DNA of 64,000 nucleotides. It comes from an uncultured SAR86 cluster bacterium. GTDB lineage: Bacteria > Pseudomonadota > Gammaproteobacteria > Magnimaribacterales > AG-339-G14. Shown here in pieces: positions 1 to 10,562 of this stretch. Every line of letters starts with the position of its first letter. Positions within the stretch are counted from its first letter, which is position 1. The translations under genes and the position numbers were made by a program. The notes beneath the pieces were generated by a model. The model had not been told where the DNA came from, did not search any database, and worked only from the letters and a program-made list of their open reading frames with translations. Location of the stretch: positions 137,090 to 201,089 of the forward strand of contig CACPDB010000001.1 in the NCBI GenBank assembly GCA_902632605.1, written 5' to 3'.

Positions 1-1269
1 GCTGGACGCATCATGCTGAGAAGAATGATGGGCAAGGCAAGTTTTACAACCATTCAAGATTTTTCTGGAAGAATTCAGCTTTATATTAGGGCTGATGAAA
101 TTTCAAACTACGATGAATTTAAAAATTATGACTTAGGAGATATTGTCGGCGCAGAAGGAACAGTATTTAAAACTAATACCGGTGAACTTTCGATACATGT
201 CAAAAAATTACAACTCTTAACCAAATCCTTGCGACCATTACCTGAAAAACACTTAGGTTTAAATGATACTGAGATACGTTATCGCAAACGCTATCTAGAC
301 TTATTAACCAATCCAGAAAGTTTAGAAGTCTTCAAAACCAGAGCAGAAATAATAAGCAACATTAGAGGTTTCTTGTTGGCTGATGACTTTATCGAAGTTG
401 AGACTCCTATGATGCATCCCATTCCAGGCGGAGCCACAGCAAGGCCTTTTGTTACGCATCATAACTCTTTGAATATGGATTTATTTTTAAGAGTTGCACC
501 AGAATTATATTTGAAGAGATTGGTTGTTGGTGGATTTGAAAAAGTGTTTGAGATCAATAGAAATTTTAGAAATGAAGGGCTTTCAACAAGACATAATCCA
601 GAATTCACCATGTTGGAATTTTATACCGCATACGTTGATAGTGACTTTCAAATTAAATTTGTAGAGAAGATGTTCAAAGAAATTACAAAATCTCTGACGC
701 GTAAAACAAATATATTTAAAAAAGCTTTTTACAAATTAACTATGGATGAAGCAATATTGCAATTCACTTCTCTGAAGAAAAAAGACTTAAGAGATGCTAA
801 GAAGCTCAAAGAATTTTGCAAGACAGAAAAAATAAAAACGGATACTAAAGCTTCATTAGCCATCATTAAAAATGAAATATTTGAAGCAAAGGTCGAAGAA
901 AAACTTGTAGAGCCTACCTTTATTACTGAATATCCAATTGAAGTTTCACCTTTAGCGAGAGCTTCAACTGCAAATCCTGAAGTAGCAGAAAGATTTGAAC
1001 TTTTTATAGACGGTAAAGAGATTGCTAATGGCTTTTCTGAGTTAAACGATCCTGAAGAACAAGCAGAACGTTTCAAAGATCAAGTCGCTAAAAAGGATTC
1101 AGGTGATAATGAAGCGATGCATTTTGATAAAGATTACATAGAAGCTCTAGAGCATGGGTTAGCACCATGTGCCGGAGTTGGAATTGGCATAGATCGATTA
1201 ACTATGTTAATTACTGGTACCGAATCTATCCGAGATGTTTTATTATTTCCCCAACTAAAAAACAAATAA
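1..1269 (+). CDS. lysS: Lysine--tRNA ligase (5'-truncated by window edge)
   Basis: Frame open from base 1 (AGRIMLRR...). Class II aaRS motifs FIEVETPMM, FRNEG..RHNPEF and GIGIDRL. Confidence 0.97.
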   Translation, partial: AGRIMLRRMMGKASFTTIQDFSGRIQLYIRADEISNYDEFKNYDLGDIVGAEGTVFKTNTGELSIHVKKLQLLTKSLRPLPEKHLGLNDTEIRYRKRYLDLLTNPESLEVFKTRAEIISNIRGFLLADDFIEVETPMMHPIPGGATARPFVTHHNSLNMDLFLRVAPELYLKRLVVGGFEKVFEINRNFRNEGLSTRHNPEFTMLEFYTAYVDSDFQIKFVEKMFKEITKSLTRKTNIFKKAFYKLTMDEAILQFTSLKKKDLRDAKKLKEFCKTEKIKTDTKASLAIIKNEIFEAKVEEKLVEPTFITEYPIEVSPLARASTANPEVAERFELFIDGKEIANGFSELNDPEEQAERFKDQVAKKDSGDNEAMHFDKDYIEALEHGLAPCAGVGIGIDRLTMLITGTESIRDVLLFPQLKNK

Positions 1270-1274
1270 GAATT

Positions 1275-2474
1275 ATGAGTAAAGATTGGACAAAAATAAG
1301 AGCAAAAGTAAAAGATTTCATTGAAAGTGAAATTTATCCTAAAGAAACTGAGTTAGCTAAGGGTACTCCCGAGGCACGAGAAATGCTTGGTTCGTTAATG
1401 CAGTTGGCAAAGGACGAAAAAATCTGGGCACTAGGACACCCAGAAGATATCGGTGGAGGTGGAATGCCTTTTATGGAATATGTATATGTAAACGAGGTCA
1501 TTGGCAGATCTTCTTTTGCAATGGTGGCACTGGGCACACATTCTCTACAAGATTCAATAATGCTTCGAGAATTTGCTTCTCCACATTGGCGCGATCAATA
1601 TCTCGAACCATTAGTTCAAGGAGAAATCTTTCCAAGTTTTGGTATGACTGAGCCTGATGTTGCAAGTTCTGATCCTACCCAATTACAAACCACAGCTATC
1701 CTCGATAACGGTACTTGGAAAATAAATGGCACAAAATGGTTTACCACTGGAGCTGCTAGAGCCGCCTACACTACAGTGATGTGTCGAACTGAATTGGATG
1801 CTCCCAGTCATGGCGCTTTCAGTATGATCATTGTGCCAACAGATAACCCGGGTTATAAAATTGTAAGAGAAACTCCTGTCCTTGGCATAAATGGCGGGCA
1901 CTACGAAGTTAAATACGACAACGTCGAAGTTCCTGAAGAAAATTTATTAGGTCCAAGAGGGCAAGGATTCATCATTGCACAAAAACGACTTGGGCCTGGA
2001 AGAATTTTTCATTGCATGCGTTGGTTAGGTCAAGCTCAAAGAGCTTTTGATCTGCTTTGTGAAAGAATGCATGAGAGAGAAACTTTTGGGACACCACTTA
2101 CGAAAAAACAATTGCTGCAAAAATTTGTTTTTGATAGTGCTTGTGAAATTCAAGCTTCTCGTCATTTGACCCTTGATGCTGCAAAAAGAATTGACCAGGG
2201 AGATGATGCAAGAATTGAAATTGGTTTGATTAAAGTGGTTGGGGCAGAGATGCTACACAATGTCATAGATCGAGCCATCCAAGTTCATGGCGCGAAAGGA
2301 CTCACTGACGATACGCCATTAAGTTTGATGTATCGACATGCTAGAGAAGCAAGAATCTACGATGGTCCTGATGAAGTTCACGTGCAATCCGTTGCTAGAC
2401 GTATTCTTAAGAACTACGAAAATAATGGTCCTGGATGGGACTTTGGTGAGCGAGACGCATCCTTAGTATCTTAA
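1275..2474 (+). CDS. Acyl-CoA dehydrogenase (LvaC/ACAD10-11-like)
   Basis: MTEPDVASSD, NGTKWF, RLGPGRIFHCMR, QVHGAKG, IYDGPDEVH. ATG at 1275 lies just after the lysS stop and is preferred to the track start at 1167. Confidence 0.9.
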   Translation: MSKDWTKIRAKVKDFIESEIYPKETELAKGTPEAREMLGSLMQLAKDEKIWALGHPEDIGGGGMPFMEYVYVNEVIGRSSFAMVALGTHSLQDSIMLREFASPHWRDQYLEPLVQGEIFPSFGMTEPDVASSDPTQLQTTAILDNGTWKINGTKWFTTGAARAAYTTVMCRTELDAPSHGAFSMIIVPTDNPGYKIVRETPVLGINGGHYEVKYDNVEVPEENLLGPRGQGFIIAQKRLGPGRIFHCMRWLGQAQRAFDLLCERMHERETFGTPLTKKQLLQKFVFDSACEIQASRHLTLDAAKRIDQGDDARIEIGLIKVVGAEMLHNVIDRAIQVHGAKGLTDDTPLSLMYRHAREARIYDGPDEVHVQSVARRILKNYENNGPGWDFGERDASLVS

Positions 2475-2475
2475 G

Positions 2476-3438
2476 ATGTCAGTCTTTCAGGAATTTCTAG
2501 AAAATTCTCTGCAGCAAAAAATTAAGCAACTGGTTCCTCTCACAGGCGGAGCATCTGCAGACATCAATCGTATTATTTTTGCTAATGAAGATGAACTGAT
2601 TGTTAGAAGAACTTTGTCACAAGAAAAATCCGTGATGGCAATTCCAAAAATCTTAGAAGCAAAAATACAAAAAGTTGTTAAAAAAAATGGAGCTCCTGTA
2701 CCAGCAATAATATTTGAGTTTTCTGAAGGCGAAGAAATAGGTGAAGGATATGTCATGGAAGCAATCCCAGGAGAGACTATTCCTCGTAAAATTCTTAGAG
2801 ATGAAAAATTTGCAACTGCTCGAGAAAAACTTCCTTTTGAAATCGGTAAGTCCTTAGCCAAAATACACCGAACACAATTAGACGATTTAAAAGCTCTTGA
2901 CCAAGTGACCTTTTCAGATTCTCTAGAAAAACTTTTTCAGGTATATCTTAGTTTCAATCAACCACAACCGGTCTTTGATTTGGCTTTCAAATGGCTGGAA
3001 GCCCAAAAGCTTACAGAATATGGCGATGTTTTGGTGCATGGCGATTTTCGCTTTGGTAACTTTATTATTTCTGAAGAAAATTTAGAATCAATTATTGACT
3101 GGGAGTTAGCGCACATTGGCAACCCTATGGAAGATCTGGGATGGCTTTGCGTACGTTCCTGGCGATTTGGTAATGTTGAAAAAAGAGTAGGCGGCCTGGG
3201 AGATATCAAAGATCTTATCGCTGGTTATGAATCTAATTCTGATATAAAAATTGACGAATCACAGCTTGATGTATGGCAGCTTTATGGTTCATTACGATGG
3301 GGAGTTATTTGTATGATGCAAACTTTTGCTCATCTGAGTGGAATGGTAAATTCAGTAGAAAAAGCAGCAATAGGCAGAAGAGTATCCGAAACGGAATTTG
3401 ATTTAATGAATATGATCAAACATAAAAATTTCTTATGA
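2476..3438 (+). CDS. APH-family phosphotransferase (LvaA-like acyl-CoA kinase)
   Basis: LVHGDFRFGN and IDWELAHIGNPMEDLGW motifs. Lies 1 bp after the ACAD stop. Confidence 0.88.
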   Translation: MSVFQEFLENSLQQKIKQLVPLTGGASADINRIIFANEDELIVRRTLSQEKSVMAIPKILEAKIQKVVKKNGAPVPAIIFEFSEGEEIGEGYVMEAIPGETIPRKILRDEKFATAREKLPFEIGKSLAKIHRTQLDDLKALDQVTFSDSLEKLFQVYLSFNQPQPVFDLAFKWLEAQKLTEYGDVLVHGDFRFGNFIISEENLESIIDWELAHIGNPMEDLGWLCVRSWRFGNVEKRVGGLGDIKDLIAGYESNSDIKIDESQLDVWQLYGSLRWGVICMMQTFAHLSGMVNSVEKAAIGRRVSETEFDLMNMIKHKNFL

Positions 3439-3782
3439 GTATTTTTGATAGACCAACATCAGCAGAACTTCTGGAGGCGGTCATTGATTTTATCAACACC
3501 GAAATAAAATCGGATTCTTATCCTGCAAATAAAAAGTTTAAATTTCAGATCGTTTTAAATGTTCTGAATATTGTTAAAAGGGAAGTTGAAACTGGAAAAG
3601 AAGTAAATGATAAATTAACTAAATTAGGGTCAAAGTTATTAAGTGAGGAAAATTTTTCTATAGAAAAACTTTCTGAAAAAATAAGAAATAAAGAATTAGA
3701 TTATGAAAATCAATCTTTAATTGACTTTCTTTACGGACTCACTGAAGAGAAAATAAAAATAGACAACCCTAAATATAAATAG
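3435..3782 (+). CDS. Small kinase partner protein (DUF6285/LvaB-like)
   Basis: DRPT..ELLEAV..F, NVL.IV.RE and C-terminal KIDNPKY. ATGA overlap with the kinase. Confidence 0.7.
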   Translation: MSIFDRPTSAELLEAVIDFINTEIKSDSYPANKKFKFQIVLNVLNIVKREVETGKEVNDKLTKLGSKLLSEENFSIEKLSEKIRNKELDYENQSLIDFLYGLTEEKIKIDNPKYK

Positions 3783-3796
3783 AAGATTTCTAGGTT

Positions 3797-4027
3797 ATGA
3801 ATAAAGAAGATTTTCAACCAATAAGATTTCTTAATTATTTAAAACACAGAGCTGATTATCAAGGGGTTCCTTTGGCTTTAGATGAAGGTTTTATTATGGA
3901 ATCCTTTCATGTTGGGGTAAGGTATTTTTTTGGAGTTACTATTGATGATAAGGGAATGCCAATTCATGATAGAGAACAGCCTTACGAAGGTTTTTTAGAG
4001 GAGTGGATTGAAAGAATTGTTAACTGA
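3797..4027 (+). CDS. Hypothetical protein (76 aa)
   Basis: Clean ORF in operon orientation filling the gap. No recognised motif. Confidence 0.65.
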   Translation: MNKEDFQPIRFLNYLKHRADYQGVPLALDEGFIMESFHVGVRYFFGVTIDDKGMPIHDREQPYEGFLEEWIERIVN

Positions 4028-4152
4028 TGAATAAAACTTTGATATTTATAATTTTGGTTTTAGTTTTTGGAGGAGCTTTTCTCTATAATTTTTATCATGC
4101 TCAGTTAGAAAAAATGCAGCATTCAGTTGAGCATATGATCCATCGACATTAA
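4027..4152 (+). CDS. 41-aa single-TM microprotein with His-rich tail (not in ORF track)
   Basis: TGATG coupling to the upstream ORF. MNKTLIFIILVLVFGGAFLYNFYHAQLEKMQHSVEHMIHRH*, which fills the gap exactly to the mdh stop. Confidence 0.6.
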   Translation: MNKTLIFIILVLVFGGAFLYNFYHAQLEKMQHSVEHMIHRH

Positions 4153-5148
4153 TTAAAGTAAATCTTTTATATCGTTTTTCTCATCCAGAAGCTCTTGAGT
4201 AGTTAGATCAATTTTCTCTTGGGCATAATCACTTATTGGTAAATCTTGGACAATTGAAACCTTACCATTGGCATTTGTCTTCAAAGGAAAGCCAAAGACT
4301 AAACCTTCCGGAACATTGTAGCTACCATCGCTTAAGACTGCCGCACTAAACCAGTCATCTGCAGGAGTTTCTGAAAGAGTTGCCTTTACCGTATCGATAG
4401 CAGCATTAGCCGCTGAAGTTGCAGATGAAGCTCCTCTGGCATCGATAATAGCTTTTCCACGTTGTTGTACGATTCTTAGAAAATCACTCTCAATCCAATT
4501 TTGATCATTGATCCAACCGCTAGCCGATTCACCTTTGATTTCTGCATTGTCTAGATCAGGATACATGGTAGGACTATGGTTTCCCCATATAGTCATTTTC
4601 TTGATATCGGAGATATCTAAATCGCATTTGTTTGCTACCTGAGCTTTAGCTCTATTAGCATCTAAGGCAGTCATTGCCATCCATGTTTGAGACTCGTTGT
4701 TGCCATGCGTGCAACCAATCAAAGCATTAGTATTTGCCGGATTCCCAACAACAAGTATTTTTGCATCTGCCTTGGCATTTTCTCCCAAGGCTCTTCCTTG
4801 TTCAGTAAAAATACCACCATTTATTTTTAATAAGTCTGCGCGTTCTTCAATTTTTTTTCCATTGATAGTTATGCCTCTTGGGATGCTACCTACCAGTAGA
4901 GCCCAATCTATATCTCCTGAAGCTTCATTCATATCGGAAAAGTTTTTTACAGTCCCTAGGGTATTAAAACCACAATCTTCTAATTCCATGCGAGAACCTT
5001 CAAGCCTGGAAACAACTTGAGGTACTTCAACGAGGTTCAAATTAACTCTCACATCTGATCCAAAAGTTTCACCACTTGCCAATCTAGTCAGTAAGGCATA
5101 ACCGATTTGACCGGCAGCTCCAGTTACTAAAACGTTTAGTTCTTTCAT
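4153..5148 (-). CDS. mdh: Malate dehydrogenase (MDH type 2)
   Basis: VTGAAGQIGY, VVGNPANTN, WGNHSPT, RGASSA. Confidence 0.95.
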   Translation of the reverse strand: MKELNVLVTGAAGQIGYALLTRLASGETFGSDVRVNLNLVEVPQVVSRLEGSRMELEDCGFNTLGTVKNFSDMNEASGDIDWALLVGSIPRGITINGKKIEERADLLKINGGIFTEQGRALGENAKADAKILVVGNPANTNALIGCTHGNNESQTWMAMTALDANRAKAQVANKCDLDISDIKKMTIWGNHSPTMYPDLDNAEIKGESASGWINDQNWIESDFLRIVQQRGKAIIDARGASSATSAANAAIDTVKATLSETPADDWFSAAVLSDGSYNVPEGLVFGFPLKTNANGKVSIVQDLPISDYAQEKIDLTTQELLDEKNDIKDLL

Positions 5149-5158
5149 ATATCTTTCC

Positions 5159-6700
5159 TTAAATTAAATTAAAAATATTCTTTCCTTCTTTTTGAAAAAC
5201 GGATACTTTGGCATCCAACATCTCATTTTTAATCATGCTATTCAGAAGAATCTCATCTTTTTCGCTATTGGCAATAAATCTTTTTCCGTCTTCTAAAGTT
5301 CCGACTATTAATGCAAATTCTAAACCTTTTCTTCCATTGATGACGGTATAAGTATCTATCTTTCCATTACCTGAAGGCGTTTCCGTGAAATTTTGAATGG
5401 CTTTTGAGTTGATATCCTTTTGAATGGAACTGTTATTTATTTTTTCAAAAGGTTTAGCTGGGATTGTCGACATGACAAGAGCTGCATGTTTGGTGATAAA
5501 CCATGAATTTGCAGTAAGCAATCCATAAGTTTGAGGTTTTTTTCTGAGCTGTCTTACCATTTCTGTAGTTGAAAACATCGTGTATGAATTTCCAGGGCCT
5601 CCAAAGTAGGGTAAACCTCCCGTAACCGTTAAATCTTTCTTTTTTTCCGGAATACCCAATTCTTTTTTTGCAATTTGTACTGCTGAAGGGAAACAAGAAT
5701 ACAAATCAAAGTGTTTTATGTCGGAGAAAGAAATTTCAGCTTGATCCAAAGATTGATTTACACAAGTTTTGATTGCAGGGGAAGAATGAAAATCAGGTCT
5801 TTCAGTAACGTTCCAAATATCATTGAGAATAGAGCAACCATGAACATATACTCTTTTATTTTCTACTACGTTTAGTTCATCAGCTTTACTTTGTGACATT
5901 AAGATAAAAGCAGATGCCATATTTACTCGAATGACCGAATTTAAATATTTTGTATAGGGAAAACCAACCATTCGATTGTTTGACGTTTCTTCTGCGATCT
6001 CTGATGCGCTCCGATAAGAAGGAAACCAAGAATAAGGGTTTTTAGATGCAATCTTGCTGAATTCGCTAAATAAGGCGCTACATTCACTAAGATGAATAGC
6101 CGCTGTTTTTTTCTCTTCTTTTCTCAATGCTTGAGCAAAAAGAGGGTATACATTTGTTGGCAAATCCATTCCATGTAACTTTTCGTGATCTGAAAAACCA
6201 ATATCATTATTGCCTATCATCTCCGGTGAGCCTCCTGGCTCATCAAGCCAATCCAATGACATGCCGGCTTTTAACTTCGCAATCATTGTTTGAAGAGCTT
6301 CACCACCACTAAGCAAAGCGCAATCTGTTTCCCCAGTGGAAATTTTAATTAGAGCATCCTCCAACAAGACTTGAGGGCTATTACCGCCCATCGGCGCATA
6401 AACTTCATTTTTTGCTGAGATATTTAGTTTATTAGCGAGGGTTCTTGGAAAATTTGAATATTGAAAATTTGATTGGTTGGTAGCGGTAAGAAAATCTACA
6501 GTAAATCTAACTACACCCATATAATCAATGTGGTTATTCAATTCTTTGATACCAGAGTCTTGAATCGCATGCTCACAGGCTTTTGCAAGTAGCTCTTGAG
6601 GGTTTAGCCCATCTTCTTTGGATCTATCAACCAAGTCACCGACACCAACGATGACAGGAGCTCTTTTATCAATTTTTTTATTTTGCTTACGTTCTGACAA
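5159..6700 (-). CDS. Thiolase-like acetyl-CoA acetyltransferase
   Basis: GGNSPQ, DLYSCFPSAV and LTVTGGLPYFGGPGN, typical of this long thiolase-like family. Confidence 0.8.
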   Translation of the reverse strand: MSERKQNKKIDKRAPVIVGVGDLVDRSKEDGLNPQELLAKACEHAIQDSGIKELNNHIDYMGVVRFTVDFLTATNQSNFQYSNFPRTLANKLNISAKNEVYAPMGGNSPQVLLEDALIKISTGETDCALLSGGEALQTMIAKLKAGMSLDWLDEPGGSPEMIGNNDIGFSDHEKLHGMDLPTNVYPLFAQALRKEEKKTAAIHLSECSALFSEFSKIASKNPYSWFPSYRSASEIAEETSNNRMVGFPYTKYLNSVIRVNMASAFILMSQSKADELNVVENKRVYVHGCSILNDIWNVTERPDFHSSPAIKTCVNQSLDQAEISFSDIKHFDLYSCFPSAVQIAKKELGIPEKKKDLTVTGGLPYFGGPGNSYTMFSTTEMVRQLRKKPQTYGLLTANSWFITKHAALVMSTIPAKPFEKINNSSIQKDINSKAIQNFTETPSGNGKIDTYTVINGRKGLEFALIVGTLEDGKRFIANSEKDEILLNSMIKNEMLDAKVSVFQKEGKNIFNLI

Positions 6701-6758
6701 GATGTAATATTACCGACTTGAATTAATCAAATGCATATTAAATAACAAGGAGAACTAA

Positions 6759-7667
6759 ATGACTATTAATTTTGATGGAAAAGTTGCCATTGTAACTGGA
6801 GCTGGTGGCGGATTAGGAAGATGTCATGCTTTAGATTTAGCAAAGAGAGGGGCTAAGGTTGTTGTGAACGATCTTGGTGGAAACGTAGATGGTTCTGATG
6901 ATGGTTCTTTATCGGCAGCAGAAAAAGTTGTAGAGGAAATTAAAGCAGCAGGTGGAGAAGCAATGGCGAATGGAGCAAGTGTTACTGATGTTGCTCAAGT
7001 CGAGGAAATGGTTAAACAAACTATGGATGCTTACGGCAGAATAGATATCTTAATTAATAATGCCGGAATCCTTAGAGATAAATCTTTTTCAAAAGTTACT
7101 GATGAGGATTTTCGTATGGTCTTAGAAGTTCATTTAATGGGAACAGTAAACTGTACAAAAGCAGTTTGGGAAATTATGAAAGAACAGAATTATGGCAGAA
7201 TTGTTGTGACTTCATCATCCAGTGGTTTGTATGGAAATTTTGGACAAACGAATTACGGTGCAGCAAAAATGGGCGTTGTTGGTTTAATCAATACCCTTAA
7301 ACTAGAAGGTGCTAAATACAACATCAAATGTAATGCTCTTGCACCTGTTGCAGGAACTCGAATGACAGAAGATTTGATGCCTGGAGAAGTTTTAGATCAG
7401 ATACAACCTGATCATGTAACCCCAGCAGTAACCTACATGGTCTCTGAAGATGCGCCGACAGGAGTTATTATGTCAGCTGGCGCTGGAGTTTTTGCAAGAG
7501 TTTTTCTGCATGAAACTATGGGCGTTAACTTAGGTACTGGTGAAGACATGACCGCAGAAAATGTTGCAGAGAAATGGGACGAAATCTCTGATATGAAAGA
7601 TGCAAGACCTTGTTACCAGGGCGGCGAACAATCGCAAAAAATCTTTGAATTGATAATGAAAGGCTAA
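6759..7667 (+). CDS. SDR, MFE-2-like (R)-hydroxyacyl-CoA dehydrogenase
   Basis: TGAGGGLG, VVVNDLGG, NNAGILRD, YGAAK. Confidence 0.88.
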   Translation: MTINFDGKVAIVTGAGGGLGRCHALDLAKRGAKVVVNDLGGNVDGSDDGSLSAAEKVVEEIKAAGGEAMANGASVTDVAQVEEMVKQTMDAYGRIDILINNAGILRDKSFSKVTDEDFRMVLEVHLMGTVNCTKAVWEIMKEQNYGRIVVTSSSSGLYGNFGQTNYGAAKMGVVGLINTLKLEGAKYNIKCNALAPVAGTRMTEDLMPGEVLDQIQPDHVTPAVTYMVSEDAPTGVIMSAGAGVFARVFLHETMGVNLGTGEDMTAENVAEKWDEISDMKDARPCYQGGEQSQKIFELIMKG

Positions 7668-8578
7668 GGCTCACCAGCCCTTTCATAATCAACTTCAACT
7701 TTATAAATCTCTCCAGTTTTGTTTTCTTTGCAAAACTGGGGATTCGAAGATTCGGCAGTCAAAATATAAAGTTCTTTTTCGTCTTTGCCCCCTAACATGC
7801 ATGCATAAGCAGGCTGAGGAGTTGCAATTCGATCAGTAATTTTTCCTCCTTTCTTGTATCTAATCACTTCTGCAGTTGTCGGAGAAGCAACCCAAATTCC
7901 ATTATCTGAATCCAAACATATGCCATCTGGTATAGGAAAAGGGGTACGGTTTGATTCCTTTAGAGGAATATTCAGAAACCTAATAATGCTCGTTATTATT
8001 TTAAAGTGAAGGGGCATGACTCTAGCCCAAATGGTTCTATGAGACAATCCACCAGATTCATTAATTTGAAAGGAAGTTAAATTTCCTCCAAACGTCTCTC
8101 CAACAATTAATTCTTTACCATCTGATGAAATGACCGTTCCATTTGGAAAGAGTAGGCCATCAGCACATATTTTTGTCTCTCCTTCTTGTGTTACAGAGAT
8201 CAAGCAAGTTTTATGAATTTTGCCTTCAACACTATCTGTCCCAAAGTTTCCTACATAAGCAGTTCCATTTTTGGCAACGACCATATCATTACATTGGTAA
8301 GGAGTAAGATGTGACATATCGGCATGAACGGAAAGCTCTCCGTCTTTAAGTTTCATGAGCTTTCGATCAAGCATAGAAACAATAATCAAACTCCCATCCG
8401 GCAACCAACCAAGCCCAGAGGGTTGTTCTGGTATTTCTGCGAGAGTAGATAGATTTCCAGAAGCATCAAGATTATGGACTTTATAACCATGCATATCTGA
8501 AAACCATAACTTATTTTCATGCCATCTTGGACCTTCTAAAAAATGAAAACCGTCTGCAACTTTTACCAAATTATCCAT
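7664..8578 (-). CDS. SMP-30/gluconolactonase family protein
   Basis: FLEGPRW, CNDM, PNG and PDGICLD beta-propeller metal ligands. Confidence 0.88.
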   Translation of the reverse strand: MDNLVKVADGFHFLEGPRWHENKLWFSDMHGYKVHNLDASGNLSTLAEIPEQPSGLGWLPDGSLIIVSMLDRKLMKLKDGELSVHADMSHLTPYQCNDMVVAKNGTAYVGNFGTDSVEGKIHKTCLISVTQEGETKICADGLLFPNGTVISSDGKELIVGETFGGNLTSFQINESGGLSHRTIWARVMPLHFKIITSIIRFLNIPLKESNRTPFPIPDGICLDSDNGIWVASPTTAEVIRYKKGGKITDRIATPQPAYACMLGGKDEKELYILTAESSNPQFCKENKTGEIYKVEVDYERAGEP

Positions 8579-9329
8579 TTCTTTTTTCTTTTATTACTTT
8601 CATCAATTTTTTAGGATTATCAGTGATAATTGCATCTACACCAAGCTCTATTAAATCTCGCATGTATTTCTTGTTATTCACAGTCCATGCGATGCAGTAC
8701 TTACCTTCCTCCTTAAATTTTTTGATTAAATTCATACTTTTTTTTGAATCGATATGCTGACTGATACCAAACGATTTACTTTTTTCTAAAAAAGAGCTTA
8801 TCTTTTTATAATCGTAATCAAAAAAAGCAGGGATGATGCTCAGTGTTGCAGGGATATCAAATCTCTTGATTAAACTCTTCACAATGTTTGGGTAAAAACC
8901 CAAAAAATGAGTATTTAGTTTTGAAATAGCACCGGCTTCAAACATCTCATTCAATTCATTAAAACTAATTTTACTTGGCTTTATTTCAACAAAAATTTTC
9001 GAATTTTCCGGTTTACAATCAAACGCTTCTTTAAGTTGAGGTATATATGTATTTGCAAACTTTTTTGAACGAGAGCTGCCTACGTCTACGCTTTTTAAAG
9101 AAGCAAGAGTTTCTTGCGAGATTGTATATTCGCTTTCACTGACCCTTGCAAGACTATCATCATGAATACAGATCAACCGTTTGTCTTTTGTCTCTCTGAC
9201 ATCAAGCTCGACAGCGTCAACTCCTTGTTCCCAAGCTTTGATATATGCTGGAAGTGTATTTTCGGGAGCTTCCATCGAAGCTCCACGATGCGCAACTATT
9301 AAAGGATAGTTCTTTTTTTTTAGTCCCAA
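8571..9329 (-). CDS. Glycerophosphodiester phosphodiesterase
   Basis: [31 protein letters not shown]. Confidence 0.92.
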   Translation of the reverse strand: MGLKKKNYPLIVAHRGASMEAPENTLPAYIKAWEQGVDAVELDVRETKDKRLICIHDDSLARVSESEYTISQETLASLKSVDVGSSRSKKFANTYIPQLKEAFDCKPENSKIFVEIKPSKISFNELNEMFEAGAISKLNTHFLGFYPNIVKSLIKRFDIPATLSIIPAFFDYDYKKISSFLEKSKSFGISQHIDSKKSMNLIKKFKEEGKYCIAWTVNNKKYMRDLIELGVDAIITDNPKKLMKVIKEKRNG

Positions 9330-10543
9330 CTCAAAGCGCCACCAGTCTGGTATTCAATGACGCGAGTTTCAAAGAAATTCTTTTCTTTACGCAAGTCCAT
9401 GATTTCAGACATCCAGGGAAAAGGATTAGTTGCATTAGGAAATTCTTCTTCAAGTCCAATTTGGGTAAGTCTTCGGTTTGCAATGAATTTTAGATAGTCA
9501 GCCATGCTTTCAGCATTCATTCCTAAAATACCACTTGGCATCGTATCTTCGGCATATTCAATTTCCAATTGTGTGCCTTGTAAAATCATATTTTTTGCCT
9601 CTGTTTGCATTTCTTCATCCCATAGTTGAGGATTTTCTAATTTGATCTGATTAATCATATCGATACCGAAATTAACATGCATAGACTCATCTCTTAAAAT
9701 ATACTGAAATTGTTCTGCAGTACCAGTCATTTTATTCCTATTGCCCATTGAGAGTATCTGCGTAAAACCACAGTAAAAGAAAATTCCTTCTAGTACACAA
9801 TAAAAAGCAATAAGATTTCTTAACAAGGTCTTGTCATCTTCTATCGTTCCAGTTTTAAAGTTTTGGTCGGACAAGAATTGTGTGAAAGGAAGAGCCCAAG
9901 CAGCCTTTCGTGCAACTGAAGGAACTTCTTTATACATGTTGAATATTTCACCCTCATCCATTCCTAACGATTCAATAACATATTGATATGCATGAGTATG
10001 AATAGCCTCTTCAAGTGCTTGCCTAAGAAGATATTGTCTACACTCAGGATTAGTAATGTGCCTGTAGATGGATAAAACAATATTATTTGCCACTAGAGAG
10101 TCTGCAGTTGAGAAGAAGCCAAGATTCCTCATAACTATTCTTCTTTCGTCTTCAGTTAGACCATTTGGATCTTTCCAAAGGGCAACATCTGCAGTCATAT
10201 TAATTTCTTGAGGCATCCAATGATTGGCACTTCCATCAAGATATTTTTGCCATGCCCAATCATATTTAAAAGGCACTAATTGGTTTACGTCGGCTCTGCA
10301 ATTTATCATTTGCTTTTGATCGACGTCTACTCTTCCAGCTGCTCCTTCTAGATCCTTCATACCAGCATCAATGTCTAGATTATCCAATGCTTGCGATACG
10401 TCAGAAATAAAATTTGTGCTTGGAGCAGTATTTTTCTCCTCTACCTGATTAGTTCTTACTTCAGGTTTTACCTCATGTTTCGTTACAGGTGGCGATACCG
10501 TCTTTTGTTTTTCTTCTGAGTTAAAATCATCCCAAGTTAACAT
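9320..10543 (-). CDS. nrdB: Ribonucleotide reductase class Ia beta subunit
   Basis: EAIHTHAY (radical Tyr), RDESMH, NFFETRV. ATG at 10543 has an AAGGAGG RBS; the track start at 10618 overlaps nrdA. Confidence 0.95.
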   Translation of the reverse strand: MLTWDDFNSEEKQKTVSPPVTKHEVKPEVRTNQVEEKNTAPSTNFISDVSQALDNLDIDAGMKDLEGAAGRVDVDQKQMINCRADVNQLVPFKYDWAWQKYLDGSANHWMPQEINMTADVALWKDPNGLTEDERRIVMRNLGFFSTADSLVANNIVLSIYRHITNPECRQYLLRQALEEAIHTHAYQYVIESLGMDEGEIFNMYKEVPSVARKAAWALPFTQFLSDQNFKTGTIEDDKTLLRNLIAFYCVLEGIFFYCGFTQILSMGNRNKMTGTAEQFQYILRDESMHVNFGIDMINQIKLENPQLWDEEMQTEAKNMILQGTQLEIEYAEDTMPSGILGMNAESMADYLKFIANRRLTQIGLEEEFPNATNPFPWMSEIMDLRKEKNFFETRVIEYQTGGALSWD

Positions 10544-10562
10544 AATATTCCTCCTTATGAAT

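Noticed and set aside
9320-10543. Class Ic (Mn/Fe, tyrosine-less) RNR
   Set aside because: The radical Tyr (EAIHTHAY) and first-ligand Asp (TADS) are present, so it is class Ia.
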